Of a DNA stretch of 64,000 bases, positions 45,547 to 55,899 are shown one piece after another (position 1 is the stretch's first letter; every line of letters starts with the position of its first letter). The notes beneath the pieces are model-generated. The model searched no databases, was not told the DNA's origin, and was given only the letters and a program-made list of their open reading frames with translations. This DNA is from Flavobacteriales bacterium (GTDB taxonomy: Bacteria > Bacteroidota > Bacteroidia > Flavobacteriales_F > PHOS-HE28): assembly GCA_016704485.1 (NCBI GenBank), contig JADJAA010000001.1:1554824-1618823 (forward strand), in the 5' to 3' direction. The translations under genes were made by a program, and so were the position numbers.

Positions 45547-46321
45547 TCCTTCGCTCATATTCGCTATGCTGATCGGCACGTTGCTGCTGGTGATCATGAT
45601 CAGCATCACGGGACTCTTGCTTGTGGTGAATGCGAACAAGCGCCATAAGCACCGTGCTGAAATGGCCGAGGCGGACCTTCGGCGCAAGCAGGAAGTAGTA
45701 AGTGCGGATCGCGATTCGCGCGAACAGACTTTGAGCATCATCGGTCGCGAGCTGCATGACAGTGTGGGGCAGTTGCTCACCGCTGCGCGCATGGGCTTTT
45801 CCACCGTACCGGAATATACGGATGAGCCACGCATCATGGCCATGGGGGCCTTGAAGGAAGCCATTGACGAAGTGCGGTTGTTGGGGAGGACCTTGAACAA
45901 TGATAAGTGGAAGACCCGCACCTTGGCGATGGCGATCACCGATGAGGCCAACCGCATCATGCGCATCCGTACGGTGCACGTGGAGGTGGAGATAGAAGAT
46001 GATCCGTTGGATCCACCTACGGATACGAAGATCATTCTTTATCGCTCGTTCCAAGAGGCGCTGAACAATGCACTGAAACATGCGGATGCCCAACACATCC
46101 GTGTACGCATGAGCGGCGTTGTACAGCACACGCTATCCATTACGGATGATGGGTGCGGGTTCGATCCGCTCGCGGTAACGGAGGGCACCGGTTTGCTGAA
46201 TATCCGCAACCGCTGCGCACTGATCGGTTACGATGCTACCTTGGTGACCGCCATGGGCACTGGTTGCTCCTGGACATTTAGCCCTCTCCCCAATGGAAAC
46301 ATCCGTAGCGCTGATCGATGA
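45539..46321 (+). CDS. Sensor histidine kinase, HisKA_3/NarX-DesK type
   Basis: One TM helix (LIFAMLIGTLLLVIMISITGLLLVV). H-box GRELHDSVGQLL. HATPase region NNALKHADAQHIRVRM...ITDDGCGFD...GTGLLNIRNRCALIGY. Confidence 0.75.
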   Translation: MDDPSLIFAMLIGTLLLVIMISITGLLLVVNANKRHKHRAEMAEADLRRKQEVVSADRDSREQTLSIIGRELHDSVGQLLTAARMGFSTVPEYTDEPRIMAMGALKEAIDEVRLLGRTLNNDKWKTRTLAMAITDEANRIMRIRTVHVEVEIEDDPLDPPTDTKIILYRSFQEALNNALKHADAQHIRVRMSGVVQHTLSITDDGCGFDPLAVTEGTGLLNIRNRCALIGYDATLVTAMGTGCSWTFSPLPNGNIRSADR

Positions 46322-46961
46322 CCACCACATGGTGCGCAAAGGCCTGGCCAGCATCGTGAACAGTATGGAAGGGTACCGGGTTACCATGGATTTCCCGAAC
46401 GGCAAGGAATTCGTGGACGCGTTGAATGTTACCAACTTGCCGCAGATCGCGATCGTGGACCTGAGCATGCCCGTCATGAACGGGTTCGAGACCATGGATT
46501 GGCTCCGGAAAAATGCGCCTTCGGTGCGTGCGTTGGCCTTGACCTTCGATGCGGCGGAAGATGCCATGGTGCGTGCGATACGCTCCGGTGCACGCGGGTT
46601 CCTATTGAAGGAAGCGCCGCCATCGGAACTAAAGCTCGCACTGGATAGTTTGATGTTGACGGGCTACTACCACACCGAGGATGTGCTGCAGGGCATGATG
46701 AATTCCAATGAAGAGAAGACCGTGTACGAACGCCAAAGCGAAGAACTGGGTGGACTACTGACGGCACGCGAAATGGAGTTCCTGCTATTGGTATGTGCAG
46801 CGGAAGAACATACCTACGAACACGTGGCGGAATTAATGGGCATCCAAGGCCGCACCGTGGATTACTACCGCAAAAGCCTCTTCGAGAAACTCAACGTAAA
46901 GAGTAAGGTGGGCATGGTGCTCTTCGCCGCGCGGCACGGGCTTTTGCCGTTGGACGCGTGA
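46293..46961 (+). CDS. NarL/FixJ (LuxR-type HTH) response regulator
   Basis: REC domain: VALIDDHHMVRKGL...IAIVDLSMPVMNG. LuxR HTH: LTAREMEFLLLVCAEEHTYEHVAELMGIQGRTVDYYRKSLFEKL. Confidence 0.85.
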   Translation: METSVALIDDHHMVRKGLASIVNSMEGYRVTMDFPNGKEFVDALNVTNLPQIAIVDLSMPVMNGFETMDWLRKNAPSVRALALTFDAAEDAMVRAIRSGARGFLLKEAPPSELKLALDSLMLTGYYHTEDVLQGMMNSNEEKTVYERQSEELGGLLTAREMEFLLLVCAAEEHTYEHVAELMGIQGRTVDYYRKSLFEKLNVKSKVGMVLFAARHGLLPLDA

Positions 46962-47054
46962 ATGGAGTTAGTGTTTCTGACTGCTGTTCACGTGTGAAGA
47001 GCAATTGGATAGCGATGCGGCTCGATGTTTATATTTACATATCCCTTTCGAACA

Positions 47055-47822
47055 ATGAAGACCTCCAGCATCCTTATTCTCTGTACATTCCTACTCAGCA
47101 CCTCCTGTCGGAAGGATATCGCGATCGAAGATGATCCGGGGATCGATCCATCGCCGATGACAAGTATTGCCAACATCGGTGATACGATCGAATTCGGGCT
47201 GGTGGACAATATGCTGATCGATAGCGATTCGATCGTGCTTCAGCCTGGCATAAACCAGTCGCTTACGCATAACATGGATGTGGATGCGGATGGGGTCACG
47301 GACTTTCAGATCTTTATGCAAACCTCTGTTTCCTTGGGTGCCGGTTTCCAGGCTTATTCGTTTATGCGGAGCGTGCATCCGAATGCCACAGTGCGCGGTC
47401 TGCTGCGGCCCGATACGACGTTCGTTCATGATGATACGGTAAGTGTCGATAACATCATCCACCGGGTCTACTCGTGCAGACGGGTGGGACCATTGGATCC
47501 GATCAGTTCCATCGTGCCGGACGTTACGAAGATCCTTCCGTTCCAAAGTGGTGACGAGCTCACCGTAATGGATGCGTTCTACGCGGATACGATCGCTTTG
47601 CGTCGCACGAACTATTCATCGCCCGTTCCGAACTATGAACCACCTTACCAAATACAGACTACAGGCGATAGTGATTGCTTCCTGCTTCCACTTGGCGAGG
47701 TGGTGTACATCGGCTTCGCGATGATGGATGGAAGCGGCAGTGAACGCTTGGGCTGGTGGAAGCTGAACCATGTTACCGCTTCCAGGATCGTGATCTACGA
47801 ACAGGCGATACAAGCGCCGTAG
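47055..47822 (+). CDS. Lipoprotein, paralog A of a tandem pair
   Basis: MKTSSILILCTFLLSTSCRKD lipobox. High identity to the next gene (e.g. GDTIEFGLVDNMLIDSDS vs GDTITFGLVDNMLINGDS, and C-terminal ERLGWWKLNHVTASRIVIYEQAIQ in both). Confidence 0.55.
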   Translation: MKTSSILILCTFLLSTSCRKDIAIEDDPGIDPSPMTSIANIGDTIEFGLVDNMLIDSDSIVLQPGINQSLTHNMDVDADGVTDFQIFMQTSVSLGAGFQAYSFMRSVHPNATVRGLLRPDTTFVHDDTVSVDNIIHRVYSCRRVGPLDPISSIVPDVTKILPFQSGDELTVMDAFYADTIALRRTNYSSPVPNYEPPYQIQTTGDSDCFLLPLGEVVYIGFAMMDGSGSERLGWWKLNHVTASRIVIYEQAIQAP

Positions 47823-48013
47823 GGTAGTGTGAACACGATCGTGTGTGCGTACATCGAAACGTTGGGTATCAGCGGCACCGATGAATATGTCGCAGGGTCC
47901 TGAAGGGGAGAGCCGACGAAGGTTTGGTGCGACGGCGAAGGTTGAATTGATCGTGTAGTTCAACAACGCATTCACAATGCATCAGTGCATACATTTACAT
48001 ATTCTCCCATGCC

Positions 48014-48778
48014 ATGAAGAACTCCAGCATTCTAATTTTCTGTGCGATCATTCTCAGCACTTCATGCCGAAAGGAACATGGAATTGAGGATCCTGCGGGT
48101 AGCGGTCCCTCGCCGGTGCAGACAACGATCAACGTGGGTGATACGATCACCTTCGGGTTGGTGGACAATATGCTGATCAACGGAGATTCCGTCGTTCTGG
48201 AACCGATGATCAACCAATCGGTCACGCATGACATGGACGTGGATGCGGATGGGATCACGGACTTTCAGATCTTTCTGCAAACGAACTTTTCCATGGGTGG
48301 CGGTTTCCAGGCCTATTCCGTCCTGACGAGCCAACATGCGAATGCTACCCTGCGCAGTTTTCAACGTTCTGATACGTCATTCGTTCATGACGATACGGTC
48401 AGTGTATCCATGATCCACCGTGTCTATTCCTGTCGGCGCTTGGCACTGGTTGATCAGATCAGCTCCATAGTACCGAACGTTACGAAGATCCTGTGGTTCC
48501 ACACTGACTACATGCTCACCAGTGAGGATGCATTCTACGCGGATGCAATACAATTAAGGCGCACCAATTCAGGAGTATCAACTCCGAACTATGAACCTCC
48601 TTATCAGATCGTGTCGGAAACAATTAATGATTGCTTCCTGTTACCACTTGGTGAGGTGCTGTATATAGGCTTCGCGATGGTGGATGGTAACGGCAGTGAG
48701 CGCTTGGGCTGGTGGAAGCTGAACCATGTGACTGCTTCCAGGATCGTCATCTACGAACAGGCGATACAAGTACCTTAG
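48014..48778 (+). CDS. Lipoprotein, paralog B of a tandem pair
   Basis: MKNSSILIFCAIILSTSCRKE. See paralog A. Confidence 0.55.
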   Translation: MKNSSILIFCAIILSTSCRKEHGIEDPAGSGPSPVQTTINVGDTITFGLVDNMLINGDSVVLEPMINQSVTHDMDVDADGITDFQIFLQTNFSMGGGFQAYSVLTSQHANATLRSFQRSDTSFVHDDTVSVSMIHRVYSCRRLALVDQISSIVPNVTKILWFHTDYMLTSEDAFYADAIQLRRTNSGVSTPNYEPPYQIVSETINDCFLLPLGEVLYIGFAMVDGNGSERLGWWKLNHVTASRIVIYEQAIQVP

Positions 48779-49019
48779 ATAGGGAGTTGGAGGTCAGTTC
48801 GCGTGCGACCTCAAACCGCTGCTTCAAGCTTTTGCTGGGTATCTCAAAGAGGACCCCGCAGTTGCTGTTCATTGCGCCAATGAGAAACTGGGTCGCTGCC
48901 GGAAGGAAGAAGCCCAGGCAAAGGTTTGATGAGTCGCAGGGTCCTGAAGCGGAGACCAGGCGAAGGTATGAGATCCGGTGAAGGTTTGATGCGAACGTGA
49001 CGATCCAGCGATAGCAGAT

Positions 49020-49253
49020 TCACCCCTTTTTCGGTGGGAAGGGCTTGATCCGCTCCGATATGTATTCGGAGGTCTCTTCCAAGTTGCCGGGTTGTTCGCC
49101 GGTGCCGGAATCCACTCGTCCTAATTCCACTTCATCGTCATCCATTTTCATGCTCGCCATGTAGTAGCCGCCGGGCCCTTTTACGTGGTGGAATCCTGGT
49201 ACACCTTCCGCAGCAACGTTCGGATTAACGGGTGTGTGCTTCTGCTTTTTCAT
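49020..49253 (-). CDS. Small hypothetical protein
   Basis: 77-aa ORF with no recognisable domain. Confidence 0.3.
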   Translation of the reverse strand: MKKQKHTPVNPNVAAEGVPGFHHVKGPGGYYMASMKMDDDEVELGRVDSGTGEQPGNLEETSEYISERIKPFPPKKG

Positions 49254-49437
49254 GGTGATGGTGGTTGGTATTATTTACACGGCATATTCAAAGGTACTAC
49301 TCGCGTGCCATGTTCTTGTGCATAGCTACTGCAAGATCTGTTCCTTTCATTGATTGATCGCTTCTTGACGATCCATTCCTGTTTTAGTTTTTATTTTGTT
49401 CGTTGTGTTTCGCGGGATCATGATGGTGTTGAATGAG

Positions 49438-49482
49438 AATAGGCGGTCTGCTCCCGCAGACCGCCTATTCCTATTTCTTGCT
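49438..49482 (-). terminator. Stem-loop terminator candidate downstream of the CsbD-like gene
   Basis: aggcggtctgc-tccc-gcagaccgcct hairpin with flanking T-rich tracts on both strands. Confidence 0.4.
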
Positions 49483-49525
49483 ACTTGCTTTGTAGCAAGT
49501 TCATGTACTGAGGTGATCGGCACGA

Positions 49526-49753
49526 TCAGTGCGCCTGTTTTTCTTTGTTGAATGCAGACCGCATATCTTCTACGATATCGCGCACTTGATCTTTGGTCTT
49601 GCCCAACTTCTGCTGCATCTTACCATATAGCTCATCCTCTTTTCCTTCAGCGTAGGTCAGATCATCATCGGTCAACTCGCCGTACTTCTGCTTTAGTTTA
49701 CCTTTCAGTTCGTTCCAGTTGCCTTTCAACTTGTCTTCGGTTGGTGTGCTCAT
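49526..49753 (-). CDS. CsbD-family stress-response protein
   Basis: 75 aa: [50 protein letters not shown], the typical CsbD pattern. Confidence 0.7.
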   Translation of the reverse strand: MSTPTEDKLKGNWNELKGKLKQKYGELTDDDLTYAEGKEDELYGKMQQKLGKTKDQVRDIVEDMRSAFNKEKQAH

Positions 49754-50082
49754 CTTTATTGGGGTTTTAGTTAATGATTCGTGTTAACACTTTAATGGGT
49801 GCACGTGCCATGCCATGGAGTTCGTAAGGGTGGTCATGCCCACTGTACGCGGGGCTTACGAGGCATTCGGCACCTTGCTCTGGCGTTCCTGAATTGTGGA
49901 ACCAAGCCACACGTTGGGGTGTAGGTTCCACATGATGCGTTCATTCCGGCACGGACCTCGTGATCTTCTTGTTCGTGCTACACGCTTACGTAGATAGGGT
50001 GTGTATGCCGCCGACGCCTATTCGTAAAGGATCGGTACGCGAATGGTAATGAACCCAGCGAACCCTTAAAAACACCAACCAA

Positions 50083-50574
50083 ATGAAAATGTTGAAGAGC
50101 AATTTGATAATGGCCTCGCTAGTAGCCGGGTCTTTTCTTGTAGTGAGCTGCAACAACACGCCAGCAGAGCAGCGCGACGAGATGAATGATAAAGTGGAAA
50201 AGATCGAGGACAAAGCGATCGACGCGACGACCGCACGGGATTGGCAAGCCGAACGCACGGAGATCATGAACGACCTACGCGACCTGCGCACGAAGGTTGA
50301 CAACAAGCTCGCGGAGGTGAATGAGGACCTTGCGAATACGGATATCAAGCCAAGTGTGAAAGCGGACAAGGAGGCAATGAAAGCTGAATTGACCAAGGAG
50401 CTGAACATGTTGGACGAGAAGATCGGTAACGTTGAGAATGCGACCGCCGATGCTTGGGATATGACCAAGTCCGATGCCGAGAACACCTCGAAAGAAGTGA
50501 AGTCCTGGTGGGAGACCCAAAAGGAAAAGGTGGATGCGGAGACCGATGCCGACCATGACAAGGACGGACATTAA
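50083..50574 (+). CDS. Lipoprotein, hypothetical (coiled-coil/acidic)
   Basis: Signal peptide + Cys (LVVSCNNT). Followed by a GAAGGGGC...GCCCCTTC hairpin. Confidence 0.45.
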   Translation: MKMLKSNLIMASLVAGSFLVVSCNNTPAEQRDEMNDKVEKIEDKAIDATTARDWQAERTEIMNDLRDLRTKVDNKLAEVNEDLANTDIKPSVKADKEAMKAELTKELNMLDEKIGNVENATADAWDMTKSDAENTSKEVKSWWETQKEKVDAETDADHDKDGH

Positions 50575-50638
50575 TTCGAATATGATGTTGAGGTGAAAGT
50601 TGACATCATCACTCCCGTTGAACGTTCGGGAGAAGATC

Positions 50639-52447
50639 AGAAGGGGCTGTCTCGAAAGGGATGGCCCCTTCTTGTTTTGATGGGGATTGGATGTGGTGCT
50701 GATTCAGAGACCTACCAGATCGGGATTATTTGCGGCCTTGCCCGTGTAAAGGACAGGACCGAACCCAAGGCACTTTTTAGACGTTCCTCAGCCCTTTTTT
50801 GAAGGATCCTGACCAACTTCTTCAGGTTGATCGCAGTTGCAAGTAGTCCGGTTTCCAAGGCGACTTTATCGAGTCCCCTTAGCATGAACCGGGTGAAGCC
50901 TTTGTTCTGCTTGAGGTTACCGAAGGCCGATTCCACTTCCACCGGTCTAGCGCTTCGGTGCATTAGACCTTCTTCGCTGGTGAGCTTTTCTCGGGCTTGG
51001 GCTTTAAGTTCGTTAAGCCGATGGTTCACTTCGATGATCCGGTTACCCTTGGCCTTGTGGCAAACACCATTCATGGGGCATGTGGCGCAGTTGCTTGCTT
51101 GGTAGCGCGATACGGTTTGCACATACCCGGCCTTTGTTGTTGAGCGCTGGTCACCGATATGCCGCATGGGCTGGCCTATGGGGCAGGTATACTCGTTCCT
51201 TGCAGCGTTGTAGTGGAGTCTGTTTTGTACAAAGGGGTGTTTTTCCCAGTAGCTCTTTTGTTGTTCACGGTGGAAGTAGTTGTACTTCACAAAAGCCTCC
51301 ACGCCCTCGCCTTCCAAGTATTCGTAATTCTGCTCCGAGCCATAGCTCCGCCATGCGGCGGACCACAGCCGCTTGGGGCAGTTTGCCCAACTGGGCTTGT
51401 AGTTCCTTGTAGTGGGGATCAGTGTCTTGGTGTCGGTGGTGTCCTGATGTAGGCTGTAGTGTATGATGAACTGGTTCTGGGTGCTCCATTGCACGTTGTA
51501 GCCGGCCTTGAGTTGTCCGTTGCCCATGTGGTCGTCCTTCATGCGCATGAAGGTGGCTCCGCGATCGGTCTTCGAGTAGCTACCGCGCTCGCCCAAGATG
51601 GACTCTTGCATCTTGTACTTGCGCACGTTGTCCGGCCAGTTCCTCTTGGCGTAAGAGAGCTTTTGCTTGGTCTTCGGATCGATCTTCTTGTCCTTGAGCG
51701 CGGCGTTGATCGCATCAATGGTCTGGGCCACTTTCTTCGGGTCGAGTTCTTCCATCTCACCGGGGTCATCGCCCTGTAGTTCTTCAGCGGCTACTCCTTG
51801 GGTGTAGTTCCAGAGCTCCTCCAACTGGGCTTTCATTTTCTTCTTGTTGGTGGCAATGCTCTTGGCCCAAACGAAGGTGTACTTATTGGCATTGGCCTCG
51901 ATCTTGGTGCCATCGGTGTACACTGCTTTGAGATCCACATGACCCGCTTCCATCAACAACAGAACCACTTGGCTGAACACTTCTTTGATGTGGTTCTTGA
52001 GCCGCTGGGCACGGAACCGATTGACCGTGTGGTGATCCGGACGCTTCATCCCGGCAAGCCACATGAAATGGATGTTCTCCTGGATCGCTGCCTCGATCTT
52101 ACGCGAGGAGTAGATGTTGTTCAGGTAAGCATAGACCAATACCTTGAGCAACATACGCGGGTGGTAACTAGAGGTGCCGCCACCCTTGTACGTGTCGGCC
52201 AGCGAACCGATGTCGATCTGGTCGATAACCGAACCAACTACACGTACGGCATGTGTCTTTGAGATGAGTTCTTCCAACGATGGTGGCAAGAGCATCGCTT
52301 GACTCGGGTCGTAGTCCTTGAACACGACTTTTCTTTGTGAAGCCATGCCCGAAGGTCGATCACCCAAAACGAGTTGTCAAGATCAACTTCCAACGGCTTT
52401 TCAACAAAATGAAAAGGGCTGCCTCTTTTGAGACAGCCCCTTCTTTT
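50639..52447. mobile_element. IS1182-family insertion sequence (~1.8 kb) with ~30-bp hairpin-containing terminal inverted repeats
   Basis: The left end is agaaggggctgtctcgaaagggatggcccc (50639-50670). The right end in reverse complement is agaaggggctgtctcaaaagaggcagccc (52417-52447). A single DDE transposase ORF lies inside. Confidence 0.7.
50712..52367 (-). CDS. IS1182-family DDE transposase
   Basis: N-terminal FKDYDPSQAMLLPPSLEELISKTHAVRVV, which is IS1182-family typical. ~550 aa, with C-terminal Cys-rich region TCPIGQ...CATCP. Confidence 0.8.
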   Translation of the reverse strand: MGDRPSGMASQRKVVFKDYDPSQAMLLPPSLEELISKTHAVRVVGSVIDQIDIGSLADTYKGGGTSSYHPRMLLKVLVYAYLNNIYSSRKIEAAIQENIHFMWLAGMKRPDHHTVNRFRAQRLKNHIKEVFSQVVLLLMEAGHVDLKAVYTDGTKIEANANKYTFVWAKSIATNKKKMKAQLEELWNYTQGVAAEELQGDDPGEMEELDPKKVAQTIDAINAALKDKKIDPKTKQKLSYAKRNWPDNVRKYKMQESILGERGSYSKTDRGATFMRMKDDHMGNGQLKAGYNVQWSTQNQFIIHYSLHQDTTDTKTLIPTTRNYKPSWANCPKRLWSAAWRSYGSEQNYEYLEGEGVEAFVKYNYFHREQQKSYWEKHPFVQNRLHYNAARNEYTCPIGQPMRHIGDQRSTTKAGYVQTVSRYQASNCATCPMNGVCHKAKGNRIIEVNHRLNELKAQAREKLTSEEGLMHRSARPVEVESAFGNLKQNKGFTRFMLRGLDKVALETGLLATAINLKKLVRILQKRAEERLKSALGSVLSFTRARPQIIPIW

Positions 52448-52754
52448 TGGTTGAAGGTGTTGCCGGTGTTGCGCATGATCGGGGAATTCTCGCACAGGGT
52501 ATTTTTAAGGAAGTGCCTATGCATGCGGCTTCCACCCTTCGGCATGAACTATGTTCCAGTATAGGCATCATGGAAAAGCCATCAATGAAACCCCAAGAAC
52601 GTGGTGATCGAACGGTTCCGAAGAAAGAGCACACGCCACCAATTAAACCCAGAAAGCAGCCGCGCGCACCACGACCGGACCGCGGCGTTGCACCCGGAAT
52701 TACAGGGTGACGTGAACACGATCAACATACACGAACAGTTAAAGAACACATACA

Positions 52755-53318
52755 ATGAACAACGAATTGAAAGGAAAGAAAGTAGCCATACTGGCAACGA
52801 ACGGATTTGAGGACAGTGAACTACGCAGCCCAAAGGAAGCATTGGAAAAAGCCGGTGCAACCACCCACATCGTATCACTGGAAAGTGGTTCCATCAAAGG
52901 ATGGAAAGATGGTGATTGGCACGGGTCGATCGAAGTGGATACGACCGTGAAAGAGACGACGAGCGATGCGTACGATGCCCTGGTTCTTCCCGGCGGAGTG
53001 ATAAACCCGGACCTATTGCGCGCCAACGCCGATGCCGTGAACTTCGTGAAGGCATTCTTCAAACAGAAAAAGCCCGTGGCCGCAATTTGTCATGGTCCGT
53101 GGATGCTTGCAGAAGCAGGCGTACTGGAAGGTAGAGGCATAACCAGTTACAAGAGCATAAAAACCGATATGGTAAATGCCGGCGCGATCTGGGTGGATGA
53201 TGAAGTAGTGGTGGATGAAGGTCTTGTGACCAGCCGCTCGCCCAAGGATCTCCCTGCATTCAATGCCAGATTGGTAGAAGAAGTTGCAGAAGGCAAGCAC
53301 GCGAAACAAACGGCGTAG
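52755..53318 (+). CDS. DJ-1/PfpI-family protein
   Basis: Nucleophile elbow VAAICHGPWML. 187 aa. Confidence 0.85.
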   Translation: MNNELKGKKVAILATNGFEDSELRSPKEALEKAGATTHIVSLESGSIKGWKDGDWHGSIEVDTTVKETTSDAYDALVLPGGVINPDLLRANADAVNFVKAFFKQKKPVAAICHGPWMLAEAGVLEGRGITSYKSIKTDMVNAGAIWVDDEVVVDEGLVTSRSPKDLPAFNARLVEEVAEGKHAKQTA

Positions 53319-53339
53319 TGCTGGGATATTAAAAAGATA

Positions 53340-53372
53340 AAGGCGCCATTCGGATCCGGGTGGCGCCTTTTT
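53340..53372 (+). terminator. Rho-independent terminator after the DJ-1/PfpI gene
   Basis: aggcgcca-ttcggatccgggt-ggcgcct followed by ttttt. Confidence 0.5.
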
Positions 53373-53539
53373 GTGATCTCGTAATGGAGTGATTTCCGCG
53401 TAAATCGTATGGCTAACACTGTTCTAGTTGAGCGCGTGTTGAAAACGGGTAAAGCAAGAAGCACAATGGGGAACATTTGCCGCGTTGATAGAGCATCCGA
53501 ACAGGGCATACTAAGAAATATGCGGGGCATAGCATTTGC

Positions 53540-54169
53540 TTGAGTACCATGAATAAAATTCCTCACATGCGCTATTCCATTAAACTTCTCGCTTTTGCTT
53601 CGTTTCTCATGGGTACTTCCGCCGCTGCACAGAATTGGGGCATCGGTTTCCGGCTAGGCGATCCGAGCGGATTGACCTTGAAACACTACTGGAACAACAA
53701 AGCCCTTGAAGTGAGCGTCGGACGCGCCCAGTTCTTTACAGGGAACAGTTTCTACAACAGGCAATATCAGCGGTGGTATGATCGCCGTGGCTATAACTAC
53801 GATAAGCACGAGTTCCTGGGGTACGGTACTTCGGTGCCGATCGGGGTGCAGGTCCATTACCTTATTCAGAACCCTATTGGTAATGTAAATGGTCTGAGTT
53901 GGTATTTCGGTTTCGGAGGGCAAGCACATGTTGCGAGCTATCGGTTCAGCTACCGCTACAAATTACCGAACGACAATGACTGGATCTATGTGAGCGATGA
54001 GCGTGTGAGCAGTGTCGACTTGGGAATTGATGCCGTTCTTGGTATAGAATACACCTTCCCGAAAGCGCCGGTATCCCTCTTTGCGGATGGAACAGTGTAC
54101 ATGGAACTGTTCGATGATCCGTTCGTTTTCTTTTTGCAACCGGGTACTGGGGTGCGGTTCCGGTTCTGA
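53540..54169 (+). CDS. Small outer-membrane beta-barrel family protein
   Basis: Signal peptide, alternating aromatic/hydrophilic strands and a C-terminal ...VRFRF. Confidence 0.5.
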   Translation: MSTMNKIPHMRYSIKLLAFASFLMGTSAAAQNWGIGFRLGDPSGLTLKHYWNNKALEVSVGRAQFFTGNSFYNRQYQRWYDRRGYNYDKHEFLGYGTSVPIGVQVHYLIQNPIGNVNGLSWYFGFGGQAHVASYRFSYRYKLPNDNDWIYVSDERVSSVDLGIDAVLGIEYTFPKAPVSLFADGTVYMELFDDPFVFFLQPGTGVRFRF

Positions 54170-54239
54170 GGATATGTGATACTATTGACTACAGCGAAAC
54201 GTATATCGTGTAAAACGTGAGAATAGTAATTGGTTGGTT

Positions 54240-55724
54240 CTAATGCGCTACGACCAAACGGCCAACAAGCAGCTCCTTAACGGTTCTCACTATCACTGTA
54301 TAATTTCCGTTTGAAAGGTCGCTAACATACAGCACGTGTTCACGCGCACCGGACATTATCTGCTCTTGGTGTGACATTTTCCCAGTGGCATCGATCACCT
54401 CTATGTGAATTGGACCTGCAAGTGGTGGTATTTGTACGCGCACCTGTTGGTCAGCGGGTACCGGGTAGATTAGAAGTAATTCGTTGTTCAGTTGGTACTC
54501 GGCAATTCCGACGGTGCTGCTTAATGTGTCCCATGTCAAGAATAGACGGGGCGGTACAGAACCCGAATACATATCCTTCGTCCCGAACGCCACGAAACCA
54601 TCATTGGTCACCAGCATGCTCGTTCCCCGGTCACGGAGCGAGTCGCCATAAACCCGTGACCAAATGGAATCGCCATTGGCCGCTACAGCAGTAACACAGA
54701 GTTGATTCATGTCCGGTGTCACAAAGCTTCCGCTTGTTCCAACGAGCAAGTACGTACCGTCCGACAAGGACAGCGCTTGTTGAAACCGGGTGGCATACTG
54801 GCGATCCCATAAGGTGGCACCAAGTGTATCCGTATGGATCAGTCGACTAGTTGAGTATTCGTTGCTCAGCGTCATCAACAGACCATTATCCACCGTAGTT
54901 ATAATGTCCACGACCGTTCTGATCGAGGAATCGGTTACCGTTACAAAACCCAGCGGAACTCCATCATCGTCCAGCTTTCCAAGTCTTACGTAGCTGTTAT
55001 TCTGGCCCACCGTGTCCAACGCTGTGGCCAGTAAATAACGCCCTGCCCGGTGACCCGCACTACCTATGCAGGCCCCAAAGAAAGGATCGGACTCCTGGAT
55101 CATAGCCATGTTAATGGTATTACCCTGTGTATCCAACGTGTAATTCTCGAACCACGTCGGTTGAATATAACCGACCACGATGTTCGGCTCTTGGGTATCC
55201 AGAGCAAGCAGGTGTATTTCCTGATCGTCCGTTTCCCATGCGTCGGCCAATATTCTGGCGCAGGGTAGGTCGTACACATGCCTCCAGAGAATAGTTCCTT
55301 GCTGATCGATCTTCATGGCGAAAACTTGGGGCATAGGGATGGTCGAGTACGCAAAACCACAATAGGTCCAATTCATGCTTGCCGTTCCGGCGATCAGGGT
55401 ATTCCCATCGAATAGATCAACAACATGTGAAATAGTGTAGGGCACCAACGAATCGATCCGTTGGGTCCACAGGGTATCGCCATTGGGCTGTGTTTTCAGT
55501 AAGTACGTAGCGAGGGGTGGGTCCTCGAAAGGAATCCCGCTTCCGGTTGTCCAACCACCATGAATACTGGCGCATAGCAATAAGTTCCCATCGCTGGTAC
55601 GGTGCATGGTATGCGCATAGACACGTCTTCCCGCGTATGGGTATTGATTACTCCAGTCGACCCATTGCGTGCTGGCTGAAATGAACAAAAGGCAACCCAG
55701 TCCAGCTAATACGATCCGTACCAT
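54240..55724 (-). CDS. Secreted protein with T9SS C-terminal sorting domain
   Basis: N-terminal signal peptide MVRIVLAGLGCLLFISAS. C-terminus ...GNYTVIVRTVKELLVGRLVVAH. Confidence 0.55.
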   Translation of the reverse strand: MVRIVLAGLGCLLFISASTQWVDWSNQYPYAGRRVYAHTMHRTSDGNLLLCASIHGGWTTGSGIPFEDPPLATYLLKTQPNGDTLWTQRIDSLVPYTISHVVDLFDGNTLIAGTASMNWTYCGFAYSTIPMPQVFAMKIDQQGTILWRHVYDLPCARILADAWETDDQEIHLLALDTQEPNIVVGYIQPTWFENYTLDTQGNTINMAMIQESDPFFGACIGSAGHRAGRYLLATALDTVGQNNSYVRLGKLDDDGVPLGFVTVTDSSIRTVVDIITTVDNGLLMTLSNEYSTSRLIHTDTLGATLWDRQYATRFQQALSLSDGTYLLVGTSGSFVTPDMNQLCVTAVAANGDSIWSRVYGDSLRDRGTSMLVTNDGFVAFGTKDMYSGSVPPRLFLTWDTLSSTVGIAEYQLNNELLLIYPVPADQQVRVQIPPLAGPIHIEVIDATGKMSHQEQIMSGAREHVLYVSDLSNGNYTVIVRTVKELLVGRLVVAH

Positions 55725-55899
55725 GTATTGTGTCCTTTACACGAATGTAGTCGCTTTATTGTAGTGCAAGATCACCGCGGCTATATTAACTCTATGCTAA
55801 GATCATGCACCCGGTTATTAAGGCTGGCGGCAACCCACCCCGTTGCAACGATACTCCTTGGTATCATAATCTCCAAATAATATCAACAGCAACAATCTC

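Noticed and set aside
44887-46321. Single frameshifted membrane histidine kinase spanning two ORFs
   Set aside because: The second ORF has its own TM helix and a plausible start (MDDPSLIF at 45539) overlapping the first ORF's stop by 8 nt. Two coupled genes is the simpler reading.
51798-52262. Plus-strand ORFs inside IS1182
   Set aside because: Antisense to the transposase gene. No independent support.
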